DNA from: Tubulanus polymorphus
Taxonomy: Eukaryota; Animalia; Nemertea
Direction of reading: 5' to 3'
Assembly (NCBI RefSeq): GCF_964204645.1
Contig: NC_134027.1
Location: 23,150,560-23,214,559 of the forward strand
Length of the DNA stretch: 64,000 bases
The first letter of the stretch is position 1, and every line of letters begins with the position of its first letter. The translations under genes were made by a program, and so were the position numbers. The notes beneath the pieces were generated by a model. It was not told the origin of the DNA. It searched no databases and saw nothing but the letters and a program-made list of their open reading frames with translations. Below are positions 42,045 to 56,100 of the stretch, piece after piece.

Positions 42045-42977
42045 GCTGCTTACATACGTACGTACAAGAATCCTTCAATGAAAATAGGCGTTTTTAAGGA
42101 AAATGTACAGTGGCAATTTTCTAATGGCAGCGGTAACACCTGACAATAATATCTGGTTTGAATCTCGAAACTTCGTGTCTTTTGAATTAATTTCTGATTG
42201 AATAAGTTCGCCATTTTAAAACATAAATCCGTGTATAGTGGGTTTCTATCTTATTATCTGTTCTCCACGCCTGACCGCTGTTATTTTACTAAAATGGTAG
42301 TGGTTTTTATTAAAGTACATTTCCCAGCTTGTTTAAACTTTAGATATTCGCTTCAAATTAAGGTAACACTGCCCCTGTTCCGTTGCCCCTTCTTCAGATA
42401 ATAACGAAAAGTTCCTTCATTGATGCAGTAACTTCTGCGATTAAAGTTAAGCCCGTAGATGAGGAAACACCAAAAAATGAAAGTTTGTGTATGACGTGTG
42501 TTCATTATTATGATAAATGAAGACAACGCCAAAGCGAAAGTGCGCAAAAGCTTTTTTCCCCAATATACGTCAATGTATATGCGTCAAAAGATCTACTACT
42601 TACCAGAAAAAAATATTTGAATCGCAGATCAGTTGAAGACAGTGTTCCCGCAGTACGGAGATGAATGTTTTAAAAGATCTCATCCGACCAGGAAGAATTA
42701 TACAAGGATATTGATAAAGTTGCGTGGTACAAAACCACGAAAACATGAATTCAAGGGAAGAGATAAGTTTTAATCAATAAAGGCTACAGTCATTAAGTGG
42801 GTGGGTGTACGTAAATAATTCGTGCCCTTGTGTTTTATGTTTAGAAAAACAACGAAAAGAAATATGGAAGTTCAACTTGTGATATGAATGAATAAGAATG
42901 CCAAATATAGTATCTTACCAAGACTGATGAAAAATAAACATTTCATTACCGATCTAAGGTCGAAGGTAAAACAGCAC

Positions 42978-42988
42978 GGGTAATTTCC
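42978..42988. promoter_or_regulatory. Candidate Rel/NF-kB (Dorsal-type) site upstream of R3
   Basis: GGGTAATTTCC inside a non-coding block that is also found upstream of R5. Confidence 0.35.
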
Positions 42989-43403
42989 ATACTGAGGGCC
43001 TAGTATGGTGGCTCATTGGGGACATTAAAAAGGAAACGATTTGAGACTCAAACGCCTTCATTTCTTTTTTAAACTCAAAATCAAAAAACGCAACGTTCAA
43101 TCCAGCTTTTTGTTTTAACGTCGCGTTAAACAAGATCATTTGTAGTTTTGGGTCGCCTTAAAAATTATTCTATGAATCCAGCGAGAATGCATAAGATGTT
43201 GCGGAATAAATTGGATTTAGACTTTGAATTGATTAACGTATGTAGTGAGAAAAGAAACTTGAGTTTCCCCAGAATGGTGACGTAGAACAATATGGTGGGT
43301 TAATCATCAATAAACAATTTTAATAATGATGACAGTCTATTTATATATCAGTGGTATTCTATGAAATTCATAGCCCTTTGAAAAAGGTTGTAATAGTAAT
43401 CAT

Positions 43404-44680
43404 TAGCACATGAAGGTGGTAATTCAATAAATACAAAACTAAGTTAATCAAAGCAAATATTATTCTTGATGATACGTTTCCGCTACAAATGTATGCACCT
43501 TAAATAGGACGAACATTATGCATTAGTTCGAAACATCTTGCAAATATCAACAGTACATAATGGTGCATCAAACGTTGGAGCTGGTTTCAGGTTTCATTGT
43601 TTTCCTATTTTACTGACACGATCTATTTCCAATTTCCCAGAATAAGTACATCGTGACGGGTCATTTATTGATATTCATGAAAGATACGTGACTTTTTGTT
43701 TATGTTCTATATTCAGAAACACGTTGTTTCGCCAACAGTCTGACAGGAGACCTGACACTGCCGAAACCACCCGGGCAATGGCGTAGCCATAATTTCTAAG
43801 TATTGACATAGCAGGCCGTGGTAGTATGCTTGAACATCGAACATTTCGTCATTACGTCAGCGAAAAGAAGTGCTTCCGAATCATTCCGAATAGCTATTTC
43901 GTTTACATCTTAACGTCTTCCTAGAGGCATGGATCGGCTTTTTGTGAGAGAAACAAAGAAAATATTAAACGAAATTAATAGATGTATCGAAATCAGGATC
44001 AAATTGATCCCCACTCAACACAATTTACATCTTTTGTATAGGATTAACATGGACGAATCATAATATAATAATAGCCGATAATAACATAGCACATGAAGGT
44101 GGTAATTCAATAAATACAAAACTAAGTTAATCAAAGCAAATATTATTCTTGATGATACGTTTCCGCTACAAATGTATGCACCTTAAATAGGACGAACATT
44201 ATGCATTAGTTCGAAACATCTTGCAAATATCAACAGTACATAATTGTGCATCAAACGTTGGAGCTGGTTTCAGGTTTCATTGTTTTCCTATTTTACTGAC
44301 ACGATCTATTTCCAATTTCCCAGAATAAGTACATCGTGACGGGTCATTTATTGATATTCATGAAAGATACGTGACTTTTTGTTTATGTTCTATATTCAGA
44401 AACACGTTGTTTCGCCAACAGTCTGACAGGAGACCTGACACTGCCGAAACCACCCGGGCAATGGCGTAGCCATAATTTCTAAGTATTTACATAGCAGGCC
44501 GTGGTAGTATGCTTGAACATCGAACATTTCGTCATTACGTCAGCGAAAAGAAGTACTTCCGAATCATTCCGAATAGCTATTTCGTTTACATCTTAACGTC
44601 TTCCTAAAGGCATGGATCGGCTTTTTGTGAGAGAAACAAAGAAAATATTAAACGAAATTAATAGATGTATCGAAATCAGG
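43404..44680. repeat. 594-bp near-identical direct duplication (43404-43997 and 44087-44680) with an 89-bp spacer
   Basis: Both copies run tagcacatgaagg...tcgaaatcagg; I counted four substitutions by eye. Confidence 0.93.
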
Positions 44681-44945
44681 TCCCAGGTCGAACAGCAATA
44701 CGTCACACAGCTAGAAAAAAGCAGACGTGGGTGAACTTCAGGTTTTGTAGTAACAAAGTAGTCGACTTAATGTCGGAGCTAATAATCGATCGCGCTTTGC
44801 TGTTTTCCGGACCATTTTTGACTTAATTGACATGATTCAGTTTTACTTAGATCGCAAATAGTCGATAACTCCGCTCGCCGAAGTTTATAGTTAAGCTTTT
44901 TACGTAGTCGTCTCTGCATCGCCTAAAAGATATCTTTCTTAATAA

Positions 44946-45234
44946 CATCCTCCCTCGGGATGATTTCGAACCTGATGGCTTCGCTTTGACTCAACCACGG
45001 CACGAAACCCTACCACATTGGGCCACAGGTACACGCAGGTTTGCCGCACGAAAACTTGCGGCACCAATCAGATTTCCCGTTGTATAATCGCCGAGACAAA
45101 TTCCGCAGATAAATTATAAATTGACTATGATAAAACTTGAATTCTGGTTGGCTAATATTTACATCATCTATGTTGCGCATTCAGCCCTGTCAGTCTTGAA
45201 ACAATTAGGTTCGAAATCTAGCCGAGGGAGGATG
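44946..45234. mobile_element. Inverted pair of the B-box-containing repeat flanking about 200 bp
   Basis: catcctccctcgg...ttcgaacct versus aggttcgaaatctagccgagggaggatg. Confidence 0.55.
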
Positions 45235-47979
45235 AGAAATACAGGCATGCTAATTGGGAATACACACCGTTAAAAGTCGTATTTACATACGGAGTGGTCG
45301 AAGCGTAATCACATAAAATATTACAACACACATTTAAACAATATACTGAAGGAGACGTGAGTCTGTTTCATGGAGTTCATTACTTTTAGCATATTCTGTA
45401 ACGATACAAAATTCGTTAAGGAATGATAACATTATCAATGACAATTACATTGTCGATAATGTCCATTCTTATACACGAATTTGTTACCTGTCGTCGATTC
45501 TTTAGTTTTTCTGAAATTAGAAATAATTTTTTTTCATGAAATTCTAAATCCAACGCAAGTGATAGTTTTAAGTGCATATCATAATAGGTTTTTAGTCAAT
45601 TTCAGGAAATACTTTTAAAATTGGAAGGTACAACGTGTGCGTGTCCATTTTGACGTTCAGCTATTTGAAATGCAAACAATTTGGCATTTTGCTACTTAAA
45701 TACTTATTTCTAAAATCAACAAAAACGTTGCAAAGAATGCTTTATTTAAATGTGTTTTCACGCTTTTTGCGTTGATTTGGTGCAGTCACGACATCGACTG
45801 TAAATGGATCATAAGGAACTCACGTTCTGCTTGATTTGTTGTCGAAGACGCAACCTTCATTTCTGAGTAGGACTATTAAAAGTACGATCACCAAGATTAC
45901 TACCAGCACAAACAAAATGATACCAAAGACAACACCAACATTGATCAGTGGAACTAGGGAAGTGACGGCCCACTTGTCAGCAACTGAAAAGATGATTTAA
46001 CTGATGATTTTAATTTTAGAAGTAATTCAGATATTTAAGTACAATGGAATACAAGCCATTGGATAACTGAAACACTATACTATATAACATAGTAACTGCA
46101 GGTATTATGGAGCTTTCATGACATATATTATTGGGCTTTCGTGAATTATATCAATGGGCTTTCAGGAGATATATCATTGAGCTGCAGTAATTAGCTATAG
46201 TTATTATTAACTATAGCAACGCAACAAGTAATGTAATGTACGGAAGCTGGAGTTTGGCCTGTATTGCTGTTATCAGACACCCTGCATTGATGCCTGCGTC
46301 ATACATAAACAATAAATAGAAGTAATGTAAATAAAACATGTCTGGACGAGACGTATGTATCCACGTAGGGAGCCTAAATATGGCGCATCCATGAGCAACG
46401 ACGAGTGCAAAAGGTATTTTAGGATATCGTGACGTGTCGAGAAACATAAACACTCCATACATGGGTCAGTGGAATGTTGTGAAGTATGAATCCGTGAATA
46501 CCTTGCCATGCGTGGTAAAGGGCCTGTATACGTTACTAAACAGTAAACGATATAAATTGGAAGAGCGGGTCTTTGGGGAGCGCTTTAGAAATATAATGTG
46601 TAAATTCGGTTAAGAAATGAATATGGATATATAGACTTAAAATTTAAGAAATCCTGCCAAGTTTTACATACAGGAGCATTAGAAGCAAATCAAGGAACCA
46701 GGACCGAAAATCTGGCCAAAAAACACGGTGAACAATTACTACAACACAGCTAGATATTATATCGCCACAACACAGGTACAAACATCTCGTACAAAGAATT
46801 GTCAACCACTGTTAATTAACCGTGATGATTATTGCATTTACGTAGTGGTCCTATAAAAACCGCCGAATATCATAGAACTCATTAACCATATATTCTACCT
46901 ACGTAGAGATTAAACCTATTGTCGTCTTATATGAAACGGTCTTTTGTAGGTATCAATCTACGAACGGACCGTTTCAAGACATTTGGCTATTAAGATCTCC
47001 ACTCAACACAATTTACGTCGTTCAGACATCACATGTATTAATTTCTTCACACTACCGACATTTCTAATTGATAATAAAACATACATACTAACAACACCAG
47101 TCATTGGGGAGTTCATCCCCACACTCTGCTGAACATCTATAGACCTGACAGGAATAGTTGTTATTAAGAGGGGGGGTCGTGGCAGTAGATTTCGAAACGC
47201 TGTAACACATCTGCCGGAGTTTCGTATATAGTACGGCTAGGCTGTAGTACTTACCAGTCTCAATGAGTTTCAGTGTTATTTTCAAACTCCCAACTGAATT
47301 AATGAGTCTACACGAATAAGATCCATAATCAGACGCCTGAACTGATATTATAATGACCTCCCATTGCCTTAAATCTGTATTAATCACGATAGTTTTATCA
47401 TGTGTTTCCTTGTGACTGCATACCAAAGTTGTTGCTAATGGGTTCGCATCATAGCGTAGCGTAAATTTAGCAGATTCTCCGATTTTTGCGCTCTGGGTTT
47501 GAGTTCTGAGAGCTTTGGCGCATCTATTGGATAAGTAGAAAAAAGGTTGAGTAAATGCACATTCCGTGTGTGACCTAGATGAGAAGAGATCTAGACGACT
47601 GCCTTAATACATTTTTGCGCCCTTGTGAACATGAAAAAGATTGTATGAAAAGGGAAGGTCAGGCATTAAGGTCGTATTGTTTTGTTGCATATGGATCTAC
47701 TCCCGAAGCTATGGATCATATTTGAACGAAGGAGGGAACTGGTTTGAACATGATACGCTGGGTATGATTATACCATTATGTCGATCTCCTTTCAGGCAAT
47801 GACTTTTTAGAAAATTGTGAAGTTCGTATAAAAACATCATGTCCAAAGAAAGAAGTGGCCAATTTCTGTCCATAATGAATGTGAACTTATACTTCTTCAC
47901 GAATACTCCCTTGTCGAGGTAGTCGTGTGGAAATGGAACAACGAGGAAGACTGCAGATCACATGCTTAATAAATAATTA

Positions 47980-48215
47980 AATCGCACATGACTGTGTTAT
48001 ATGGCATTTCACATTCAGGAATGTATCACACGTGTGATTAACCTTCAGGGCTGTTACCCATTTGTGATTCACATGTGTAAAAATGGGACAAAATCACGCG
48101 TATGATTCACATTCAGGGATGTATCACACGTGTGATTTTTAAATCACACGTGTGATCATGTCCTATTTTAACACATATGAATCGCATGTGTTTTTTAAAA
48201 CATCACATGTGTGGA
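47980..48215. repeat. Low-complexity palindromic repeat rich in CACACGTGTG / CACATGTG
   Basis: atcacacgtgtgat occurs three times, plus variants, in an R4 intron. Confidence 0.7.
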
Positions 48216-50299
48216 TTTTTCTGTAAGGGGATATTACTTACATTGGACATCGACAGTAGCGATATTACTGATAGTAAAACCCCCTGTATTTATCACTTGA
48301 CACCTGTATTGTCCTGTATCAGCTTTAGATAAATTGTGCAGGGCAAGCTGATCATTCGTAGTTCCTATCGATTTCCAGACACCAGATACCGTTGAGAATT
48401 GCCAGATGTAAAATGTAACTATTAGGGTTTCCACCAGTTGCTGCACAATTAAACCAAATTGAATTGCCTTCTGTTCTTACTTAGCTGGAATCAGCGAAAC
48501 AGAATTAGCCGCATCTGTAAAACATAGCACCTAAATTGAAAATGAAGGGAGGGGAAACATATATGCCAATATTCCTAACTTGCACAATAAAGACATTGTC
48601 GTGGATTTGGTAACATCATAACAAGTTGACAATCCTAGTAAAATGTTTCACACATGCCATACACTGTTTATTTATACTATCTACAAAAAGTATTTCATTA
48701 GAAGAACAAGTAATTAATAAACTATCTGCATTACTTACAGGTTACATTTAATTCAACTTTATTAGAAATCATTGGTGTTGATATACCAGCCCCAGTAGCT
48801 GTACATTGATATTCTGCAAGGTTATCGGTTTTAGTGACTGTTGAATATTTTAGAGGACTAACTCCCTGCTTCACAGCGCTGCCTCCTGGCGTTCTAGTTA
48901 AGGAAAGATTCGGTACCGGGTCACCGGTAGCTGTACACGTAAAGTCAACAGTTGCAGATTCCTGAACGGGTGACGTCGGTCCTTGCAATGTGGATCTTGG
49001 CGGATCTGAAATGAAGGAGATTTAAGTATCAATGTTGTAGTAGAAAATTTGGATTATCATTCATAGAGCTTTTTGATTGTGATCGTGTGATCTTTATTGT
49101 AAGCATTTTCTCATTATATTTGACACACCTAATGAATACAGTACCACCGACGGTAGATGGGTATGAATATTTGATTAATGGGGGATTTTTGCACTAAATG
49201 GTGGCACGATATTCACTTGAATGCGAAATGAAAACTTATTGTTGCTAGTTCTCAATTAAGGTGAATGTATGAATATATACTTAGACATAAGTTAAATAGA
49301 TAATTACATTGAATGTTAATAGTAATTCCACCAGTAACTGATCCAAATGTATTCGATGCTGTACACGTATAAACACCTGAATCAGTTCTCCTGACTTCTG
49401 TAAACATGAGTTTACTATTAGACTGTCCTGATAGATTGACACCACTCCATTTATACGGCAGTCCTTTAGCTCCAGACCGTGAACCGTCACATGTGATTGT
49501 TTATGTTGAATTCTCCTGTACTGTGACGATGTTGTTTGTGGTGGTGTCTGGTTGAGATGTTAAAACTGGTCCACTCGGGGGTACTGTAAACATCGAAACA
49601 GAATGAGAACTTCAACAGGCTCAATTTCCATTCACATATTCTGAGCGTTTTTAGGCTCTGCTTGATCATCTCATATATTGATTGATTGATTGATTTCATT
49701 TTCATAGAACATAATTGCATATTATAGTAATTTCTCTTCAAAAATGAACTATGAAGGAGTCGTCCGGAGCCTGAAGGTTGTAACTCCGTACAGAGTGGAC
49801 GGAGGCGCTCCGGGGACTATGAAATGGATGGTGATAATGTTAATATCAATATTATCAGGCTTTATCAAGCTTTTTTTCAAAACTACATTCAACAAACAAT
49901 GTCAATACTATAACACCTATTATATGATACAAACATACTATGATTTGAATATTCTAGAGGATCATTTATTGATTTCTTACACATGAAATAAAATTTCCGG
50001 ACTTTCCTTTGAGGGGGTTTTATTCGTAATGCTCAGTTGTCATGCCCATTTCTTTCTAAAGAGATTAGAAAATAGGTGATTTTCTGTGTTTCACACCAAA
50101 CATACAAAAGTCGCATCCTAGGGTACAGTTCCTATGATTCACTATGTACAAGTAGAATTGGCTGTGGCGAGGAGTCTGTCACTGAGATTTCATCTAATAC
50201 ATATTAGGGGGGGGGAAGAGATTTAGATATTCAACACTTATTTATTGATCAGTTGTTTTGTAGATTTGGTGAATGAATGAATCGAAGTGTATTTCTTAA

Positions 50300-50500
50300 T
50301 CGAATTTTGTCATCGATTTTTTTTTTTTATAAATGCCTGGAGCTTTATTGAGTGAGTAATCATTGAACGTATTTGTTTTGTGACGGGCTGATTGTGGATA
50401 ATTTCTTAATCTTGTGTCATGTCTGTGGTTTACTTGGTTGTGTTGAAACAATGCTCTTATTGGCACTTTTCCTTCATAGTACGTACTTGTCGCCAATATT
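50300..50500 (-). mobile_element. Possible LINE ORF2 C-terminal remnant
   Basis: LFQHNQVNHRHDTR...APGIY resembles the N..H.y.TR motif at CR1/L2-group 3' ends; short and degraded. Confidence 0.35.
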
Positions 50501-52193
50501 TGCGAGGTCTAGATTTATAATGTCTTAAAATTTTAGGATTTCATATTTTCTTGATAATTGAGATGTGGGCGCATTATAGCGGCTTTTATCAATAGATTGC
50601 CGTTTTGAAAAATGATGTCGATTTGCTGTTTTAGAGAAGAGTGTTCTCTGTCCTGCATAACAAAAATTTACATATATTTGGCCATGGAACAGCAGTTCTT
50701 TCTCCATGCGAGATATATTGAAAATGCGTCTTGTACTTCGAAATGTAGCATTGAAAAACTGAAAACAAATAATACGAAAGAAAGGGCGGTCCTCTAGCAC
50801 CTAAGGCGAGCCGGCGGATCCGCGTCTGTGATACAGAGCACGAATAGACTGAGTAAAATGTGGCATTTTCCCGCATAATTAGACTAAACTGAATACAGTA
50901 CTTATTCGTGAATTCTTACCTTTGAAAAAATATTTAGAAAGATCATGCATGCACTTGAATCCCCTATCGTTATACTAAAAACACGATTGAAATGAGATTT
51001 ATTTCAACTGTTTTTGATTCTCACCTGCTACGGTAAATTCTGTTTTACTATCTGGGAACATGCTCATGTAATCACAAAATCCTTTTCCCAGCATAATCAT
51101 CTGTACATTACTGATATATATGTTAACCATATCGCCCGGCTGTGACGTCACATTGTCCGGTGTATCGGGGCTCAATATTAAAGGCAGTTTTACGAGGACA
51201 GTTTGTCTTATCAAACTCATACGGTATTAAACGGCTACCAAATATCATTTTCTGACCACAGAAATTTTTACTGGGCGGTGAAACCTGACATTGTACGTCA
51301 GCGGTGCCACCAATTCTAAAAACTACTGGCGTAACAACTACCGTAAGGTTCGTATCCGCTGCGTCTATACAGTTCTGCTGCTGTCCTAAACAAGAAAAAT
51401 TAACACACAACGATTCATATTCTAATTACGGGTTGATAAAGCAATTATTTTGAATTAATTATTAATCATATCAACAGCATGCGGCCATTGCGAGCGAAAG
51501 TCGATGAATGTCGTCACTTATTCGACAGCTATCAAGGTTCGAATCCCAGTCGTCGCTCACTAAGAATCCGACCACACATTTTCATTAGCTCATTACAGAG
51601 CCGTGGGGGGGGGGGAGGTTTCGTGCGAGAAAGCCAAAATGTTTAGACAGGGTAAAATCGTTGAAATATGAATAGCTGCACTAAAGTAACACGTCAACAA
51701 TTTTGAAAGTCTTGTGGTTTGTTTTCTTAAAAGTCAAGAAGGCAATATTGTCAAAATATAACTGCAAAGTAACGGGTTTTCTGTTTGCAGCCGTCTGAAG
51801 TAAATTTGCATTTCCATTGGAATAAGTTACTCCCGACTTCAATAGAATAAGCACGGGCCAAATTTGCCTCAGGCCTGCTCCGTAACAATTTTTCGGAATT
51901 AGAACTCGCCGGTAGGCCTACTTACCGTTTATTTTAGTATACACCATTAGACACATGAACAGCGTCACGACAAAACACTCCTACAATTAAAACATTCCGG
52001 CAAGTCGTGGTCCTCTCAGTTCCAGCAGGGCGAATAGTTGTCGATGCGGCATTTGTCGACAACGACACTGCATGGGTGGAGAGATTCAGCCTCGAGTGCT
52101 GTTCGGTTCCGTGTCGCAGCACCGCCGAAGGGGAAGTAGGGGTCACCACCTCCAGGTGATTTTGTATTTTGTACTTATGTCGCTGACAGTTGC

Positions 52194-52315
52194 AATTTGA
52201 GCGTTTGCGGGGACGTCGAATTTAATTTTCCACACATCCGAAATAAGGGGATAAAATTTGAGCGTTTGCGGGGACGTCGAATTTTATTTTCCACAAATCC
52301 GAAATAAGGGGATAA
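52194..52315. repeat. 61-bp tandem duplication
   Basis: aatttgagcgtttgcggggacgtcgaattt...atccgaaataaggg occurs twice. Confidence 0.9.
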
Positions 52316-53176
52316 CTATTATGTCACTCAATACGTGGTTTTTAACGTGGTTATGGACACATGGACTTAATAATATGTAATTATATTGGCCTTACCTTGA
52401 TAAACATGCTGCTTTGTTGAAATCACTACAAAACTCTCATGAAGATTAATTTTTTTTTAATTTCACTCAGGGTTTTTAATACACAAAGCATCATATAAAT
52501 TCAAATGAATTCAATAATATATGCGCACTAGAACTTGGAGTAATCAGTCTGAATTATCACTTCAAAATTAGACTCTTCGTTATTCGCTACCCATCAACTC
52601 GTCACTGAACGACTCGCCGATCTGTCGAAGGAGCATTCCTATTTGGAACGTTCATTGCCCCGAGCTCTCCTCCCAATTTCTAACTTGGTATTCACGGTCG
52701 CCTTTACAGGTAGCAGCGAGTAACGTAGAGTCAAATGTATATGATTAGCATAGATTACATAATTAGAGCCGATGATGACTACGTAACAAAATATATGGAG
52801 GTAAAATGTTAGAAAAAATACAATTCTATTCATACAAAACTAAAAGTTTATATACACAAATATTTTCCAATGCTATAGAAATAAATATAAGTCTTGTACC
52901 ACGGGTCAATTTAATCATGTACAGGGTGAATTTATGGGGTTGACTCGGGGATCCCGGCCCCTGCCTTCCAATCGAGGTTGCCATTTTTGTCAACACAGAG
53001 GTCGCAAAAATCCATTTGACACTCATCCGGATATTGAATGTTTGTGTTTATCTCTTATATTATGCATAATACTGAGGGAGGGCCCCGCTAATGTGACTTA
53101 GCGTTACACACTCCTAGTATGTCCTATATTTCACGCCGGGAAAATGTCCCTAATCAAAGTTGGTTTTCTATTTCAT

Positions 53177-56100
53177 TCACATCTTCACATCTTCATAAAA
53201 GTTTGGATCGTTTTCATGAGGCTCACCTGATGATGAAGAAAAACAGAAAACAACGAAATTAATGAATGTCAGGTTTGTTCCATATCAGACAAGTACGGCT
53301 TTCTGAAAAGTGACGAGGTCGCAGAGTTTTGAACGAGTCACGAGGTTTTCCCGTAAATTTCCCTCAATTGAAAGAATCTTTGATTAACATTTAGAAACAA
53401 ACGTAGGCATGGCAATTTAGACTCACCACTAAAAGCCACATTTACATACGGCGTCGCCGCTGCATAATCGCCTGAAATATAACAATATAGATATGTACGA
53501 ACACAAAGGACTGTTAAAATTGGCAAAGATACGGGAGGTTTAGAATCCTAAGCTCATACGTACGTGAATCTGCGTCGTGGGTTTTATTTTCATTACAGCT
53601 AGTATACTCTGTAACGATACAAAAAAAAATCCGTTAACATCATCAATGATATTCAATATTATCATATGTGAATGTATATTTCCTTTCTTTTAGAGATCGG
53701 ATTAAGTTTTGTAAATGCTGATTTGTATTTTCAATATGATCAATATTTACCTGTTGTTGGTTCTTTAGTTTTTCTGAAATAAAAGGGTAATTTCATTGCG
53801 ATTTCGATGGTTATCGATTCAAAATACATACATATTTCATTACAGCGGGTCAGTATTTATTTGGGGGGGGGGGGGGGGTAGAATTCGAACCTACTCAGAG
53901 AGGTGTAAAGGTATATGTTCAAACAACCACGTGTTACCCATTATTGACATGCTGCTTTTTGGCATGCAATCGAATTTGGGACTTTCTGTTACTCGGAGGC
54001 AATGGAAAATCTAGTCATTTTGAAAATTGATAAAGCCATTGGAGAGTGTTATTTTCATGTAAAAGCTGTATCCTTTTTGTGCACTCTCTATATAAAGGTG
54101 TAATTAATATCAAATAAGGCAGTCAGGAAAATTCACCCAATCAGTCGCTTGCCGGTTCAGACTGAATGGAAGATTGTTTGAATGAACCAGAACCGAATTT
54201 CCCAATTATGTACTTCGATTTAAACAAAACATTCTGTAAATTTGTCCGTCGATCACACAACTATATCTGTACTTCGATTTCCGATTTCAAAATCAAACCC
54301 CCTGTTTCGTTTTCGGCAGGTGCGGTGAGTCTGTAAGGGGCACTCCATCAAAATATCAAACGAAATTAACCAAACCAAATAAGTAACATCGACAATCCCT
54401 ATTTCAAGATCAATACCAGGCAATCAAAATGATTCACGAAGATAACGCGGTTATACCGCAGTGTATTGGCCAATAAACTTACGTTTTTCTCAATCTGTCG
54501 ATTAAGACGATACCTCGGTTGTTTCTGAGTAGCTGTATCAATACTACGATGAACAATATTACAACCAGAACAAACGATATGCTACCAAGAACAACACCAG
54601 CATCAGATTGATGTACTACTGAAAATTAGATTATGCTTTAGTTGGGATAATCGGTATTTTTCTAAATCTACCGAATACTGCAAAGTTCTTGTAAAAATCA
54701 TCTACCGAACAGGCAAATTTTCCGTTCATATTGATAATCGCTGCGAGTGGCGTAAAGATCGCATAATCATCAGACCACCAACCGGCGCCCGCGTACGTTC
54801 TACATTCTTCCAATGAGCCGTCTGCTCGCAAAGATGCAATCAATAGTTGCAATAAATTTATAAACTTATACATGGCCGGGATCGATATTAACCATTCGAG
54901 CAGAGCACTGATGAAAAAACTCAGTGCTTGAACGACGAGCGAGGAAGCAGGAAGCATTGCGTGCGCATTTGCTTACCATTTGTTTTAGTTGTAACTATAT
55001 CGGTAGATAAACTTGTATTATCACCAGGATTTGAGTTGACACTTTTCACTTTGAACAGATAATCAGTCGCTGGTTTTAATCCGGTTATTTTTGTTTGTAC
55101 CAGTTTTCTATAACCGGGATCGGTTATTTCTGTTTTATTGACGAATTGCGTAGAGTCTAGTGCCCTGTAACTGAGGGTGAACGTCTGTTCGGAGCCACCC
55201 GCAAATTCAGACACCCAACTCAGAGTCACGGATTCAGCTGTTTTTGCAAGAACTGTCAGATTTGTCGGGGTTTGTGGAGGTCCTTAACAAGATAGATACA
55301 AGAATAGGTGATGTAACCTCTCGAATTGATGGTATGCTTAATATTGCGTTTCTAGGATAGATTTCTACTGAAACGTTTTGTAATACTTCATATACTTACC
55401 AGTCTCTGCGAGTTTGATTGTAGCCGTTATGCTCCCAATTGAATTTTTAACTCTACACGAATAAGTTCCATAATCAGACTCCCGGACGGATTTTATGATT
55501 ACATTCCATTGAGTTTTGCTCATCGTGGCAAAATATGAGGCTTCCCTCATTCTGTGACTGCATCTCAAGGTTGTGGGTGTCGGATTCGCGTCGTAATTTA
55601 TCGTCAATTTAGCAGTTTCTCCTATTTTTGCTGCAACCGATTTAACTTTTCGCTTAAGCTTTGGTGCATCTATCGGAAATGAAAAAAAAAGAAATATTTG
55701 GAAGCACTTTCTGCGAGTGACCTGACTACAATATTCATAATCCTAGCATTGGTGCTTCAAGCTAGGCACAGATCAACCCTAACGTGGCAATTCAACTGAT
55801 CGGTGACTGATGTCGACCGTCACATTTCTGCCACCGCGATCTCAATCGATCTGAGTCTAGCTATGGTTGTTTACGGAACCGTCGACGAGTCCCTAGAATT
55901 GAAAATGTTCTACTTCTACGATGCGACGGAACCGGTGTGCGCGCTGCGGTGGGCCGACAACCGGGGCCGACAACAGCAAATGAAATCAAATCCTAACGGC
56001 AGTCTATTGGCCGTCTGATGAATTTGTTTGAAACTATCATCGTAATTCTGTTGGGATAATTGCCTTATCTAGGGGAATTCGGTTATTTCAGTTTTGAAAA

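Larger units (their letters stand above)
45357..52407 (-). pseudogene. IgSF receptor R4, pseudogene
   Basis: Exons 52407-52396 (MFIK), 51980-51926 (signal), 51385-51025 (V; stop and frameshift after AGRYG), 49583-49308 (TTA>TAA), 49005-48739 (open), 48514-48242 (early stop, frameshifts), 47523-47255 (269 nt, frameshift), no FN3, 45983-45824 (TM), 45510-45488, 45395-45357. The last two tail exons were not found. Confidence 0.85.

Noticed and set aside
43404-44680. LTR pair of a retrotransposon
   Set aside because: No TG...CA termini, primer-binding site or polypurine tract seen, and only 89 bp between the copies.
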